DNA from: Butyrivibrio sp.
Lineage (GTDB): Bacteria; Bacillota; Clostridia; Lachnospirales; Lachnospiraceae
Direction: 5' to 3'
Assembly: GCA_017446685.1 (NCBI GenBank)
Contig: JAFSQI010000106.1
Span: forward strand, 4,351 to 68,350
Length of the DNA: 64,000 bases
Positions 9,959-20,584 of this stretch are shown one piece after another (the stretch's first letter is position 1; each line of letters opens with the position of its first letter). The translations under genes were made by a program, and so were the position numbers. Under the pieces are notes generated by a model. That model was given only the letters and a program-made list of their open reading frames with translations. It did no database searches and had not been told where the DNA came from.

Positions 9959-10447
9959 ATGAGAGTAGAAATTTATTCTGATGGTTCAGCAAGAGGTAAT
10001 CCAGACGGACCTGGAGGCTATGGAACTATATTAAGATATGTTGATGCCAAGGGCGAGGTTCATGAAAAAGAATTAAGCGCCGGATATGACAAGACAACCA
10101 ATAACAGAATGGAACTTATGGGTGCGATTGTCGGGCTTGAAGCATTAAACAGACCTTGCGATGTAGAAATGTTTTCCGATTCACAATATGTTATAAAAGC
10201 TTTTAATGACAAATGGATAGAAGGCTGGATAAAAAAAGGATGGAAAACAGCCGGAAATAAGCCGGTTAAGAATGTGGAGCTCTGGAAGAGGTTGCTTAAA
10301 GCTGCAGAGCCACATGGAATTAGATGGAATTGGGTAAAGGGACATGCAGGTCATGAAGAAAATGAAAGATGTGATACTTTGGCAACCAGGGCTGCAGATC
10401 GTCCTGCTTCAGAGCTTCTTCATGATGATGGCGGTGATTTGAGGTAA
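9959..10447 (+). CDS. rnhA: Ribonuclease HI
   Basis: [23 protein letters not shown] and [15 protein letters not shown] motifs. Confidence 0.95.
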   Translation: MRVEIYSDGSARGNPDGPGGYGTILRYVDAKGEVHEKELSAGYDKTTNNRMELMGAIVGLEALNRPCDVEMFSDSQYVIKAFNDKWIEGWIKKGWKTAGNKPVKNVELWKRLLKAAEPHGIRWNWVKGHAGHEENERCDTLATRAADRPASELLHDDGGDLR

Positions 10448-10451
10448 GTAA

Positions 10452-11063
10452 TTGATATATTATATTTCAGATTGTCATTTTTTTCACAGTGCATTAAATG
10501 ATCGTATGGATAAGCGTGGTTTTGACAGCTGTGAGTCTATGAATGAATATATGATTTCCAAATGGAATGCTAAAGTGACAAATGGTGACACAGTTATTAT
10601 TTTAGGAGATCTTTCTTTGGGAAATGCGGAGCAGACCAATGAACTTTTAAGAAAGCTTAAAGGTAAGCTTTGCCTTATCAAAGGAAATCATGATAAGTTT
10701 TTAAATAAGCCTGATTTTGATTGTTCAAGATTTGAGTGGATAGATAATTATCGTGAAATTACTGATTCACAAAAGAAAGTAATCTGTTGTCATTATCCGA
10801 TGCCGTTTTATGACGGGCAGTACAGACTTAAGCATTCCGGCGAACCTAAAACCTATATGCTTTATGGTCATGTTCATGAAAGCAGGGATGAAGTTTTGAT
10901 GAGGCAGATAATTGCGATGATTCGTGGAACAAGCTTTAAGCCTATTGGAGGTGAAAATGACCATAATATTCCATGTAACATGATTAACTGTTTTTGTATG
11001 AAATCTGATTACACACCGCTATCATTGTCAGAATGGATAGCACTTGAGAAAAACAAATATTAA
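10452..11063 (+). CDS. Calcineurin-like metallophosphoesterase
   Basis: SDCH, LGD, GNHD and GHVH motifs; TTG start after GAGGT. Confidence 0.85.
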   Translation: MIYYISDCHFFHSALNDRMDKRGFDSCESMNEYMISKWNAKVTNGDTVIILGDLSLGNAEQTNELLRKLKGKLCLIKGNHDKFLNKPDFDCSRFEWIDNYREITDSQKKVICCHYPMPFYDGQYRLKHSGEPKTYMLYGHVHESRDEVLMRQIIAMIRGTSFKPIGGENDHNIPCNMINCFCMKSDYTPLSLSEWIALEKNKY

Positions 11064-11069
11064 AAAAGA

Positions 11070-11115
11070 TATCCCCTAAAGTAGACACTGTTTATATAGT
11101 CTACTTTAGGGGATA
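11070..11115. terminator. Bidirectional terminator hairpin between convergent genes
   Basis: Perfect 17-bp inverted repeat TATCCCCTAAAGTAGAC/GTCTACTTTAGGGGATA flanked by A- and T-runs. Confidence 0.75.
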
Positions 11116-11118
11116 GTT

Positions 11119-12309
11119 TTAAGCTGTTTTTGTTATTGGTTCTTTGGTTTTATTTTCTGTTTTTTTCGGATGAAGTATCAGTGAGTGAAGCTTTTTTAAC
11201 AGAATTGCAGATGGAATACCAAGCGCAAATACTACCAGAACATAAACAATTACATACTTGATATGGTGTGGAGATCTTACACCTCCGTCAAACTGCCATC
11301 CAAACAGCTCAACAAATAATCCATGGATAAGGTAAAATTCAAGAGTTATTGTTCCCATGAAATCCAGGAATTTGTTTCCAATTTTAACCTTCATTCCAAG
11401 TAATATTGTACAGAATACAAAATCTGTAGTTACAAATGTCTGGGATAAGAGTGACATCCTTTTTCTAAATACTGCGTCAGGTGCTCCCCAGTTATCCCCG
11501 TAGTAGCCAAATACATTACACATGTAGCTTTGATAAATATAAAGCGGATAAAGTGCTAAAAGAGCAATAATAAGATAAATCCAATAATATTTTTTTAGAT
11601 GGGGTATTATTTTATTTTCATATTTTGCAAAGATGATTCCTATCGGGAAAAGATGTACACAGTTATACCACCATTCACCTCTTATCCAATAGTCATTGTG
11701 ATTGATCCTTGTTCCCAAAAGCATGTATAACACAACAAATGCAGTTGTCGCAAGGGTTGCAAGATGATCATTTTTAATAAATTTAAAGGACAGGTAAAAT
11801 GCCAGATAGAAGAATGGCAGTACAATCACATACCAGGTATTAGGATTGCAGAGCTTGATACTTGTGAGATAGAAAAATACCTGCTTTGCATCCATTTTTT
11901 CTCCTATAAGCAGTCTTGCAATAAAGAAAATTACAGTTGTAGAGTACAGCGCAAGCACAACCGGTAGAATTCTTCTTTTTATATAGCCTTTTAGATAATC
12001 CTTTTTGGTGTGAAAGCTCTTGTAAACTCCATATCCATTGTAAAAAAGAAATACAGATACAAATATGTATCCAAGTGGAACAAAGAAATCAAGGCCATGC
12101 ACTATACGGCTCTTGGGCTGTATCCATGATGCGGCTGTTTTTTGACCGATATGATGCAGCATGATACATATGGCTAAAAAACCTTGAAATGCCTTGGTCT
12201 GCCTGATTGAAAGGAATTCTTCATTGTATTTCTTTCCTCCTGCATATTTTGCTCCCCAAAGCAGAATAACAGGCAGAATGAAATAGACTGAGTAGATTAA
12301 TTGTTTCAT
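11119..12309 (-). CDS. Acyltransferase family 3 (OafA-like) integral membrane protein
   Basis: Multi-TM; GFLAICIMLHH, FLFYNGYG, KRRILP, WYV and EFYLIHG motifs. Confidence 0.8.
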   Translation of the reverse strand: MKQLIYSVYFILPVILLWGAKYAGGKKYNEEFLSIRQTKAFQGFLAICIMLHHIGQKTAASWIQPKSRIVHGLDFFVPLGYIFVSVFLFYNGYGVYKSFHTKKDYLKGYIKRRILPVVLALYSTTVIFFIARLLIGEKMDAKQVFFYLTSIKLCNPNTWYVIVLPFFYLAFYLSFKFIKNDHLATLATTAFVVLYMLLGTRINHNDYWIRGEWWYNCVHLFPIGIIFAKYENKIIPHLKKYYWIYLIIALLALYPLYIYQSYMCNVFGYYGDNWGAPDAVFRKRMSLLSQTFVTTDFVFCTILLGMKVKIGNKFLDFMGTITLEFYLIHGLFVELFGWQFDGGVRSPHHIKYVIVYVLVVFALGIPSAILLKKLHSLILHPKKTENKTKEPITKTA

Positions 12310-12402
12310 ACGTAACCTCCATATTTACCCCATAAACAAATAGTAGTATTTATTAATGCACTATTCTACACATATGTTTCTATTTTATGCTTACTTTTTG
12401 CG

Positions 12403-12437
12403 AAAAAAAAGCTCACGCCGATTTGACGTGAGCTTTT
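12403..12437 (-). terminator. Intrinsic terminator downstream of transaldolase
   Basis: AAGCTCACG/CGTGAGCTT stem with A8 on + (U-tract on -). Confidence 0.8.
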
Positions 12438-12457
12438 ACAGATAATTTTATTTTAAA

Positions 12458-13111
12458 TTATTCACCGAATACAGCAAGGTAATCCTTCTGGAACTTCTCA
12501 ATACCCTGGTCTGTGAGAGGGTGGTGAGTCATCTGCTCAATTACCTTGTAAGGAACAGTTGCGATATCTGCACCTGCAAGAGCACAATCTGTAACGTGCA
12601 TAGGATGACGAATACTAGCTGCGATAATTTCTGTCTCGATGTTGTGAAGTCTGAAGATTTCAGCAACTTCTGAGATAAGATCTGTTCCTCTTACACTGAT
12701 ATCATCAAGTCTTCCAAGAAATGGGCTGACAAATGCAGCGCCTGATCTTGCAGCAAGAAGAGCCTGGTTTGCTGTGAAGATAAGAGTCATGTTAACCTTG
12801 ATGCCTTCCTTTGAAAGTACGTGGCAAGCCTTTAAGCCTTCAACAGTCATAGGAATCTTAACAACCATGTTAGGGTGAAGCTTAGCAATCTCACGACCTT
12901 CAGCAATCATACCTTCTGCATCTGTTGTTGTAGCCTTAACTTCTCCGCTGATTGGTCCGTCAACGATTGAAGCGATTTCCTTTACAACTTCATATACATC
13001 TCTACCTTCTTTAGCGATAAGTGAAGGGTTTGTTGTAACACCACAAATAACCCCCATATCGTTAGCTTTTCTGATTTCTTCAATGTTAGCTGTGTCAATA
13101 AAGAACTTCAT
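12458..13111 (-). CDS. tal: Transaldolase / fructose-6-phosphate aldolase (MipB/TalC family)
   Basis: [22 protein letters not shown] and SPFLGRLDD motifs. Confidence 0.9.
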   Translation of the reverse strand: MKFFIDTANIEEIRKANDMGVICGVTTNPSLIAKEGRDVYEVVKEIASIVDGPISGEVKATTTDAEGMIAEGREIAKLHPNMVVKIPMTVEGLKACHVLSKEGIKVNMTLIFTANQALLAARSGAAFVSPFLGRLDDISVRGTDLISEVAEIFRLHNIETEIIAASIRHPMHVTDCALAGADIATVPYKVIEQMTHHPLTDQGIEKFQKDYLAVFGE

Positions 13112-13421
13112 AATACCTACTCCTTTTCATATACCTTTAATTTATTACCGATTTAAACTAAACTCTATATTATAGTAAAAAATAAAATAATTCAATATAT
13201 TCTATAATATATTTTAATTTTTTTGGTAATTCTTTGAACAACAGTTATATTAGCACGAATTAAAAATGATTTATTGTCTATTCTTGCTTTTTATTCCCCA
13301 TTTTGTGTGAATTATTATATTTGAAGGACTTTTTGTTTGAATAATGTTATATAATTAAACTGTATAATGATAATAAAACCGAGACTATACTGATAAATTT
13401 GTTTCTGTGGAGGAGAATAAT

Positions 13422-14738
13422 ATGATTTTTTTTAGCGATTTCTACCAAATATTTGGCTATGTTACTTCTACCATAGGTTTTTTTATGATTTTTAAAAAAT
13501 GTGATGTTAAATGGTGGTATTCATTTATTCCTGTTGTAAGGGAATATCAAATTGCTCTTTGTTCTGACAAGGAGAAAGAGGGGCAGACTTATGCCATAAT
13601 CAACTTTCTTGCCTATGCTGTAGGTTTTATGACTTTCTTTTATGAAGAAGGTTCTACATATATTCTTATTCCTTTTTTTATCTTACTTGCTCTTATATTT
13701 GCACTGATTATCTACAAAATAAGGATTTATGTTGGCTTTGTAAAAAACTTCGGATTATCAAAAAAATGGATAGTTTTTTTCTTGTTTTTTGAAGGTATAG
13801 CCTGCCTTGTAGTTGGCTTAAATAAAAACATTCAGCCTGTTAAAAAGGTAGTAAATTATAAGCTCCTTGATGAAACAAAAATAGGTGGAATCAAGGCAGA
13901 TTCTATTGATGATGGGCTTACTGTAAATATTACAGACAGATCTATTTTAGATTTTTTCAGAAAGAAATATTTGCTAAAAGACATACATCTTACAATTCCT
14001 AAAGGTCATATGGTACTTCTTCTTGGAGGTTCTGGTGCAGGGAAAACTACATTTGTAAATGCAGTAACGGGGTATGAAAAAGCAAACGCGACAATTGAGC
14101 TATCAAAACATGATGTATATAAAGAATATGGCAAAATGATGTACGACATCGGTTTTGTACCCCAGCAGGATCTTATAAGAGGAAATGATACTGTTTTGCT
14201 TACACTTACTGATGCAGCTTCGTTAAGACTTCCTTCTGATATATCTTTTGCAGATAAAAGAAAAAGAGTTGCTGATGTTCTTGAGTTATTCGGACTTTCA
14301 GCGGTAAAAAATAATCTGGTTGATAAATTGTCAGGAGGTCAGAGAAAGAGATTATCTATTGCAATGGAGTTTATTTCTGATCCGACGCTTTTTATTCTTG
14401 ATGAGCCGGATTCAGGCCTGGACGGTGTTGTTGCAAGGAGCTTGTTTAAACAACTAAGGGCAATTGCTGATGAGGGGAAAATCGTTATTGTAATCACACA
14501 TACGCCTGATAGAGTAATTGATTTATTTGATGATGTAATAGTTCTTGCTAAAGATCAAAGAAGAACCGGAAGGCTTGCATTTTACGGGGCAATAAAAGAT
14601 GCTTATGAGTTTTTTGGAAAATCCTCCATGGAAGAAATACTTCTTTCAATCAACCAAAAAGAAGAAGGTGGGGAAGGTCGTGCAGAAGAGTTTGTCGGAA
14701 AATATGTTGAAAAAGTACAAGTGGAGGCGAATGTTTAA
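13422..14738 (+). CDS. ABC transporter ATP-binding protein with N-terminal membrane domain
   Basis: GGSGAGKT, LSGGQ and LDEPDSGLD; hydrophobic N-terminal ~140 aa; GGAGGAG RBS before ATG 13422. Confidence 0.85.
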   Translation: MIFFSDFYQIFGYVTSTIGFFMIFKKCDVKWWYSFIPVVREYQIALCSDKEKEGQTYAIINFLAYAVGFMTFFYEEGSTYILIPFFILLALIFALIIYKIRIYVGFVKNFGLSKKWIVFFLFFEGIACLVVGLNKNIQPVKKVVNYKLLDETKIGGIKADSIDDGLTVNITDRSILDFFRKKYLLKDIHLTIPKGHMVLLLGGSGAGKTTFVNAVTGYEKANATIELSKHDVYKEYGKMMYDIGFVPQQDLIRGNDTVLLTLTDAASLRLPSDISFADKRKRVADVLELFGLSAVKNNLVDKLSGGQRKRLSIAMEFISDPTLFILDEPDSGLDGVVARSLFKQLRAIADEGKIVIVITHTPDRVIDLFDDVIVLAKDQRRTGRLAFYGAIKDAYEFFGKSSMEEILLSINQKEEGGEGRAEEFVGKYVEKVQVEANV

Positions 14739-15682
14739 TGAAAGAGAAGACAATCAGACATACCGGAAGGTTACCTCAGACGTTTATTTATTTGGGTAAA
14801 CTTTTTAGAATGTTTATTTTTCAAAATGACTGGAAAGTGTTGCCAATGTCAGCTATAATTGCCGGTTTGGTTTCTTTTGCTGTTGGAAGAAATCTTTTTA
14901 AGACTATGGAGGGAACTTTAACCGGAACGTTTGCACTTTCCTGTATTTGCATCTGGAATGGCTTTTTTAATTCAATTCAGGTAATTTGCAGAGAAAGGGC
15001 TATTATTAAAAGAGAGCACAGGTCTGGACTTCATATTTCGTCTTATGTTTTGGCCCATATGATTTATCAGGCTTTTATCTGTATTTGTCAGGTAATAATA
15101 ACAATTGTTATTTGCTTAGCCACTAATATCGTATTTCCTAAGGAAACACTTCTTTTTAGTATTCCATATATTGATTTTGGTATTACAATGTTTTTGATTA
15201 CATATTGCGCTGATATGCTTGCACTCATGATTTCTGCTATAGCAAAGACAACCACTACAGCAATGACTGTAATGCCGTTTCTTCTTATTGTGCAGCTTGT
15301 TTTTTCAGGCGGCTTTTTTTCACTTCCGGATGCGGCGGAGCCACTTACCGATTTTACAATTGCAAAGTGGGGACTAATATCTTTGTGTGCTCAGGGAAAT
15401 TATAATTCTCTTCCTATGGTTACGGTCTGGAACAGTGCTGTTAAAATGAAAGACATTGAGATAGAGGGACAAAAGCCTCTAAAGATTGTACTTCAGAGCA
15501 TTGAAGAAAAAGGACAAAGAGAAGAGATTTTAAAACAGTCAGGACTTCAAAATCAGAACCCAAAATATAATTTTGATCTAAAAATTGTTTTAAAGTGCTG
15601 GAAAGCATTACTTTTTTGGATAGTGATTTATGTTGCTGTAGCAACATTGTTTCTTGAGTACATTGATAAGGATAAACGTTAA
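14738..15682 (+). CDS. ABC-2 type permease
   Basis: ICRERAIIKRE and QLVFSGG motifs, multi-TM, coupled to the ATPase stop. Confidence 0.82.
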   Translation: MKEKTIRHTGRLPQTFIYLGKLFRMFIFQNDWKVLPMSAIIAGLVSFAVGRNLFKTMEGTLTGTFALSCICIWNGFFNSIQVICRERAIIKREHRSGLHISSYVLAHMIYQAFICICQVIITIVICLATNIVFPKETLLFSIPYIDFGITMFLITYCADMLALMISAIAKTTTTAMTVMPFLLIVQLVFSGGFFSLPDAAEPLTDFTIAKWGLISLCAQGNYNSLPMVTVWNSAVKMKDIEIEGQKPLKIVLQSIEEKGQREEILKQSGLQNQNPKYNFDLKIVLKCWKALLFWIVIYVAVATLFLEYIDKDKR

Positions 15683-15697
15683 AATACTTGACCTATC

Positions 15698-15717
15698 TGC
15701 TTTAAAGCATTAAAGTG
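15698..15717. promoter_or_regulatory. 20-bp palindromic operator (TGCTTTAAAGCATTAAAGTG) over the GNAT promoter
   Basis: Matches sites at 20504 and 20614; lies just downstream of TTGACC (15688). Confidence 0.6.
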
Positions 15718-15747
15718 ATAATAAAATATGAAAGAGTAGGTGCTTTT

Positions 15748-16215
15748 ATGATAAGAAGAGCTAATCAGGATGACATCGAAGGTCTTAACAGGCTTCTTAA
15801 GCAGGTACTTAATGTACATCATTTTGGAAGACCGGATATTTTTAAGGCTAATGCAACTAAGTATACCAATGATGAGTTAAAAGAAATTCTTTTAGATGAG
15901 AAAAGACCGATTTTTGTTTCTGTCGATGAGAATAATTATGTGGAAGGGTATGCTTTTTGTATTGTGCAGCAGCATATTGATGACAATATTTTGACAGATA
16001 TAAGGACTCTTTATATCGATGATTTATGTGTGGATGAGAATATAAGAGGAAAACATATAGGTAAAAAAATATATGAATTTGTCAAAGACTATGCAAAAAA
16101 AGAAGGATTTTATAATCTTACACTTAATGTATGGGCGCTAAATGAATCTGCTTTGAAGTTTTACGAGGCAATGGGGTTAAAGCCACAAAAAATTGGTATG
16201 GAAACAATTTTATAA
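15748..16215 (+). CDS. GNAT family N-acetyltransferase
   Basis: YIDDLCVDENIRGKHIG and N..ALKFYE motifs. Confidence 0.87.
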   Translation: MIRRANQDDIEGLNRLLKQVLNVHHFGRPDIFKANATKYTNDELKEILLDEKRPIFVSVDENNYVEGYAFCIVQQHIDDNILTDIRTLYIDDLCVDENIRGKHIGKKIYEFVKDYAKKEGFYNLTLNVWALNESALKFYEAMGLKPQKIGMETIL

Positions 16216-16222
16216 GATCGTG

Positions 16223-16264
16223 AAAAAGGGCTTTCGCTTTTTGGATTAACTAAAGCGAAAGCCC
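16223..16264. terminator. Terminator between convergent GNAT and ACT genes
   Basis: GGGCTTTCGCTTT/AAAGCGAAAGCCC 13-bp stem with upstream A-run. Confidence 0.75.
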
Positions 16265-16271
16265 CATAATT

Positions 16272-16706
16272 TTATATGGATTCAATATCTTCTTGAGTAA
16301 GAATTTTAACGCCTGTGCCGATTAGCTTGGATTCAGCAGCTTTTGTATCTGATACTCTGAAAATCATGTATGCATGGTCAGAGCACTTTCCGCCTGTGAA
16401 AGCATACATATATTCAATATTTACCTGGGCATTGTCAAAACTTTCAAGAATTTTGTCAAGTCCGCCTGCCTCATCGGGTATCTCAATAGCGAGAACAGGA
16501 GTGAGACTTGCCACAAAATTATTGTCTTTAAGAGTATTGACTGCGGAGAGTGCATCATCAACAACAAGTCTGGCTATACCAAAATCTTTAGTTTCTGCAA
16601 GAGAAGTGGCACGCATATTGATGTTGTTTTCTGCAAGAACTCCGGTCATTTTTTTTAATGTGCCGGGCTTATTTTCCAGGAAAACAGAAATTTGCATTAC
16701 GCTCAT
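16272..16706 (-). CDS. ACT-domain protein
   Basis: QISVFLENKPG...NIEYMYAF tandem ACT pattern; typical partner of paaK. Confidence 0.87.
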   Translation of the reverse strand: MSVMQISVFLENKPGTLKKMTGVLAENNINMRATSLAETKDFGIARLVVDDALSAVNTLKDNNFVASLTPVLAIEIPDEAGGLDKILESFDNAQVNIEYMYAFTGGKCSDHAYMIFRVSDTKAAESKLIGTGVKILTQEDIESI

Positions 16707-16718
16707 AATTTTTTCTCC

Positions 16719-18020
16719 TTAGATTTTTCTCTTATCAATTACTCTGACAGCTTTACCTTCGCTTCTGGCAATGGACTTTGGTGTCATAAGTGAAACTTTT
16801 GCTTTAATACCAAGCATTGACTTGAGGTCATCTACAAGTTTCTTTTGACGTTCCTCAATTTCACCTACATTATCAGTGAACATTTCAGGTGTCATTTCTA
16901 CCTGAACATCCAGAGTATCGGTATTGTTTTTACGATCAACTACAATCTGATAATTAGCCGCATATCCATTATTTAAAAGAACTGTCTCAATCTGGCTCGG
17001 GAATACATTTACACCTCGGATAATGAGCATGTCGTCACTTCTTCCCATAGGCTTTGCCATTTTTACATGAGTTCTTCCGCAGGAGCATTTTTCTCTGGTA
17101 AGTTTACATATATCTCTTGTACGATATCTTATCATTGGAAAGGCTTCTTTGTCGATAGCGGTAAATACAAGCTCGCCCTGCTCGCCTTCAGGGAGTACTT
17201 CCTCAGTCTCCGGATCGATTATTTCAGCAATAAAGTGATCTTCATTGATATGCATACCATCCTGGGCAGAGCATTCAAAAGCAACACCTGGACCTGATAA
17301 TTCTGTAAGACCGTAGATATCATATGCCTTTATTCCAAGAGTGTTCTGAATATCCTGACGCATTTCCTCGCTCCATGCCTCAGCACCAAAAATTCCGGCT
17401 TTAAGGGTGATATCATCAGGACCATAGCCTAGTTCCTTAAAGCGCTCTGAAAGATATGCTGCATAACTTGGTGTACAGCATAGGATAGTAGCGGACAGAT
17501 CATTTATGAACATGATTTGTCTGTCTGTGTTACCTGAACTTGCCGGTACAGTCAGACAACCAACCTTGTGTGAACCGCCGTTAAGTCCGGCACCACCTGT
17601 AAATAATCCATAACCATATGCAATTTGACAAACATCCTCATCTGTTCCGCCTGCTGCCATAATTGCTCTTGCGCAACAGTCTTCCCAAAGATCAATATCG
17701 TGCTGCGTATAGAATGCGACAACTCTTTTTCCGGTAGTTCCAGATGTTGAGTGCATTCTTACGCATTCCTTCAGAGGTTTCCCCAATAGTCCGTAGGGAT
17801 AAGCATCTCTTAAATCTTTTTTGGATAAAAAAGGGAGTTTATGCAGATCATCTACAGATTTGATATCATCAGGTGTAATGCCTTTTTCTTCCATTTTTTT
17901 TCTGTAGTAAGGCACATTTTCCCAGACATGTTTTACCTGCTTTACCAGTTTTTCATTTTGAATACTGCGAATCTCCTCCTGTGAGGCGCATTCTATTTCT
18001 TTTTGAAAATAATGCTCCAT
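16719..18020 (-). CDS. paaK: Phenylacetate-CoA ligase
   Basis: HSTSGTTG, YGYGLFTGG, DIYGLTE, IRYRTRD and GRSDDMLIIRGVNVFPSQIE motifs. Confidence 0.9.
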   Translation of the reverse strand: MEHYFQKEIECASQEEIRSIQNEKLVKQVKHVWENVPYYRKKMEEKGITPDDIKSVDDLHKLPFLSKKDLRDAYPYGLLGKPLKECVRMHSTSGTTGKRVVAFYTQHDIDLWEDCCARAIMAAGGTDEDVCQIAYGYGLFTGGAGLNGGSHKVGCLTVPASSGNTDRQIMFINDLSATILCCTPSYAAYLSERFKELGYGPDDITLKAGIFGAEAWSEEMRQDIQNTLGIKAYDIYGLTELSGPGVAFECSAQDGMHINEDHFIAEIIDPETEEVLPEGEQGELVFTAIDKEAFPMIRYRTRDICKLTREKCSCGRTHVKMAKPMGRSDDMLIIRGVNVFPSQIETVLLNNGYAANYQIVVDRKNNTDTLDVQVEMTPEMFTDNVGEIEERQKKLVDDLKSMLGIKAKVSLMTPKSIARSEGKAVRVIDKRKI

Positions 18021-18035
18021 ATTTTTTCTCCCCGA

Positions 18036-18614
18036 TTATTCTTCACAATTTTTTCCAAGTTCAAATGCCTTTTTATTCATTTCAAGGAACTTTGAAGGCA
18101 CGTTTGCCTCAAGTGACTTCATCCATGCTTCCTTAGGAAGATCAAAATAGTGAGATAACCTTCCAAGCAAAACTATGTTTACGGCTTTTGATGAGCCGGC
18201 TTTTTCAGCAAGTGAAAGGTAGTCAAGAGCATCTACCTTAGCGCCTGTAGATTTTAATTTATTGACAAGATCTTCCGGATATTCAGCAGCTCCCGTTATA
18301 ACGGGCATTGGATCAATCTGCTGTGTGTTTGTAACGATTTGTCCGTCCTTTTTTAGATAAGGAAGCCATCTTGCGGCTTCAAGAAGCTCAAAGGATACTA
18401 TAAAATCAGCTTCGCCTTTATCAATAACGGGAGAGTAGACTTTGTCTCCAAATCTTACGTAAGTTACAACGCTTCCGCCACGTTGTGACATTCCGTGAAC
18501 TTCAGATACTTTTACATCATATCCCTGTGTTAAAAGTAAATGTCCAAGGAGCTTGCTTGCAAGAAGAGATCCTTGTCCGCCAACTCCGACAATCATAATG
18601 TTTTTTGTTTCCAT
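18036..18614 (-). CDS. iorB: Indolepyruvate:ferredoxin oxidoreductase beta subunit
   Basis: GVGGQG and SEVHGMSQRGGSV motifs. Confidence 0.92.
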   Translation of the reverse strand: METKNIMIVGVGGQGSLLASKLLGHLLLTQGYDVKVSEVHGMSQRGGSVVTYVRFGDKVYSPVIDKGEADFIVSFELLEAARWLPYLKKDGQIVTNTQQIDPMPVITGAAEYPEDLVNKLKSTGAKVDALDYLSLAEKAGSSKAVNIVLLGRLSHYFDLPKEAWMKSLEANVPSKFLEMNKKAFELGKNCEE

Positions 18615-18698
18615 ATAAAAAAGCCTCCTTAATTGTTTGCTTAGAAACCGCAGTAAAGTATTTTTTATAACCCGTTTATGCCTGATAGTCTTGTTATT

Positions 18699-20438
18699 TT
18701 AGCTTTCCAATGCACCTACAGGGCATAGCTGGCTGCATACCTTACAGCCTACACAAAGTGTATTGTCTATTGAAGCTTTTCCGTTTTTCATGGAAATAGC
18801 AGGACAGCCAATCTTCATACATGATTTACAGCCTACGCATTTTTCTTTATTTACTTTTAAAGGAGCTTCGTGTTTTACATATTTGAGCAGAGCACAAGGG
18901 CGTCTTGAAATAATTACAGACGGTGCATCTGCTGCAAGTTCTTCTTTTAAGACCTTATCGCATTCATCAAGATTGTATGGATCTACAACTCTTACTCTAT
19001 TAAATCCCATTGCACGGCAAAGAGCTTCAAGATCAATTTTACCGGCTGGATCGCCTTTGATATTGTAACCTGTCGTCGGGTTCTGCTGATGACCGGTCAT
19101 GCCGGTAATTGAATTGTCGACGATGATGATTGTTGAATTTGACTGATTGTATGCAACATTTGCAAGTCCGGTCATTCCTGAATGCATAAAGGTTGAATCA
19201 CCTATAACTGCTACAGTCTTGTGCTCACTTTCTGCGCCGCGGACTTTATTGAAACCATGAAGTGCACCGATAGAAGCACCCATGCAAAGTGTCATCTCTA
19301 TTGCTCCGAGCGGAGGAACGGCTCCAAGTGTATAACATCCTATATCACCAAGAACTGTGCAATTATTTTTCTTCAAAGTATAAAATAATCCTCTGTGAGG
19401 GCAGCCTGCGCACATTACAGGAGGTCTGTTTGGAATAGAATCTTCAAGGGCAAATGATTTTTCTTTTTCAATTCCAAATTTTTCAGCAATAAGATTTTGT
19501 GAAAATTCATCAATTATAGGAAGAAGTTCCTTACCAGTAACTGATATTCCAAGGGCTTTAACATGATTTTCAATGATTGGATCAAGTTCTTCTACAACGA
19601 AGAGTTTATCAACCCTGGAAGCAAAATCTTTTATGAGTTTTTCTGGAAGAGGATTGGTCATTCCTAGTTTAAGCACACTGACTTTATCACCAAAAACTTC
19701 CTTTACATACTGATAGGAAGTTGAGCAGGTTATGATACCTGTCTTTGTATCGCCTATTTCTACACGGTTCAGAGGACAGTTTTCTGCATATTCGATAAGA
19801 TCTTTTGTGCGCTGTTCAACGAATGGATGACGTTTCTTGGCATTTCCCGGCATCATAACATATTTTGCAATATTTTTTTCATATGGTTTATCTGGAACTA
19901 TGCGCTCGCCTGTCTCAACAACAGACTGTGAATGTGCGACTCTGGTGCACATTTTCAAAAGAACCGGAGTATCAAATTTTTCTGAAATCTCAAATGCAAG
20001 TTTTGTGTATTCCAGTGCTTCTTTTGAATCTGATGGTTCTATCATCGGAACTTTGGCTGCTATTGCATGATGTCTGGAATCCTGCTCGTTCTGTGATGAG
20101 TGCATTCCGGCATCATCGGATACATCAATTACGAGACCTGCATTTACACCGGTATAAGACATGGTATAAAGCGGATCTGCAGCGACGTTCAGACCAACAT
20201 GCTTTTGTGCGCAAAAAGAACGGCGTCCTGCAAGAGATGCACCAAAAGCTGATTCCATAGCTACCTTCTCGTTTGGAGCCCACTCGCAGTATATTTCATC
20301 ATATTTGGCAGCTTCTTCGGTAACCTCTGTACTTGGTGTACCCGGATAACTGGAAATAAAGCACACACCTGCTTCATAAAGACCACGTGCAACCGCTTTA
20401 TTTCCCAACATAAGTTGCCTGCCATTGTTTTCGTTCAT
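18699..20438 (-). CDS. iorA: Indolepyruvate:ferredoxin oxidoreductase alpha subunit
   Basis: YPGTPSTE, KHVGLNVAAD, CAGCPH, GDIGCY, GDSTF TPP motif and C-terminal 2x[4Fe-4S]. Confidence 0.93.
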   Translation of the reverse strand: MNENNGRQLMLGNKAVARGLYEAGVCFISSYPGTPSTEVTEEAAKYDEIYCEWAPNEKVAMESAFGASLAGRRSFCAQKHVGLNVAADPLYTMSYTGVNAGLVIDVSDDAGMHSSQNEQDSRHHAIAAKVPMIEPSDSKEALEYTKLAFEISEKFDTPVLLKMCTRVAHSQSVVETGERIVPDKPYEKNIAKYVMMPGNAKKRHPFVEQRTKDLIEYAENCPLNRVEIGDTKTGIITCSTSYQYVKEVFGDKVSVLKLGMTNPLPEKLIKDFASRVDKLFVVEELDPIIENHVKALGISVTGKELLPIIDEFSQNLIAEKFGIEKEKSFALEDSIPNRPPVMCAGCPHRGLFYTLKKNNCTVLGDIGCYTLGAVPPLGAIEMTLCMGASIGALHGFNKVRGAESEHKTVAVIGDSTFMHSGMTGLANVAYNQSNSTIIIVDNSITGMTGHQQNPTTGYNIKGDPAGKIDLEALCRAMGFNRVRVVDPYNLDECDKVLKEELAADAPSVIISRRPCALLKYVKHEAPLKVNKEKCVGCKSCMKIGCPAISMKNGKASIDNTLCVGCKVCSQLCPVGALES

Positions 20439-20503
20439 TAGTATAACCTCCTACATTTTTGCCATAAGTCAATTTCACTTTATTATTCTAAAAAACATAT
20501 TTA

Positions 20504-20523
20504 TGATTTAAAGCGATAAAGTG
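20504..20523. promoter_or_regulatory. 20-bp palindromic operator (TGATTTAAAGCGATAAAGTG) upstream of iorA
   Basis: Same TTTA-N6-TAAAGTG architecture as 15698 and 20614. Confidence 0.55.
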
Positions 20524-20584
20524 ACTCTAAATATTAGGATAATAAAATTAACAGTATAAATCAAGGGAAAAATTAAGATTGGAT

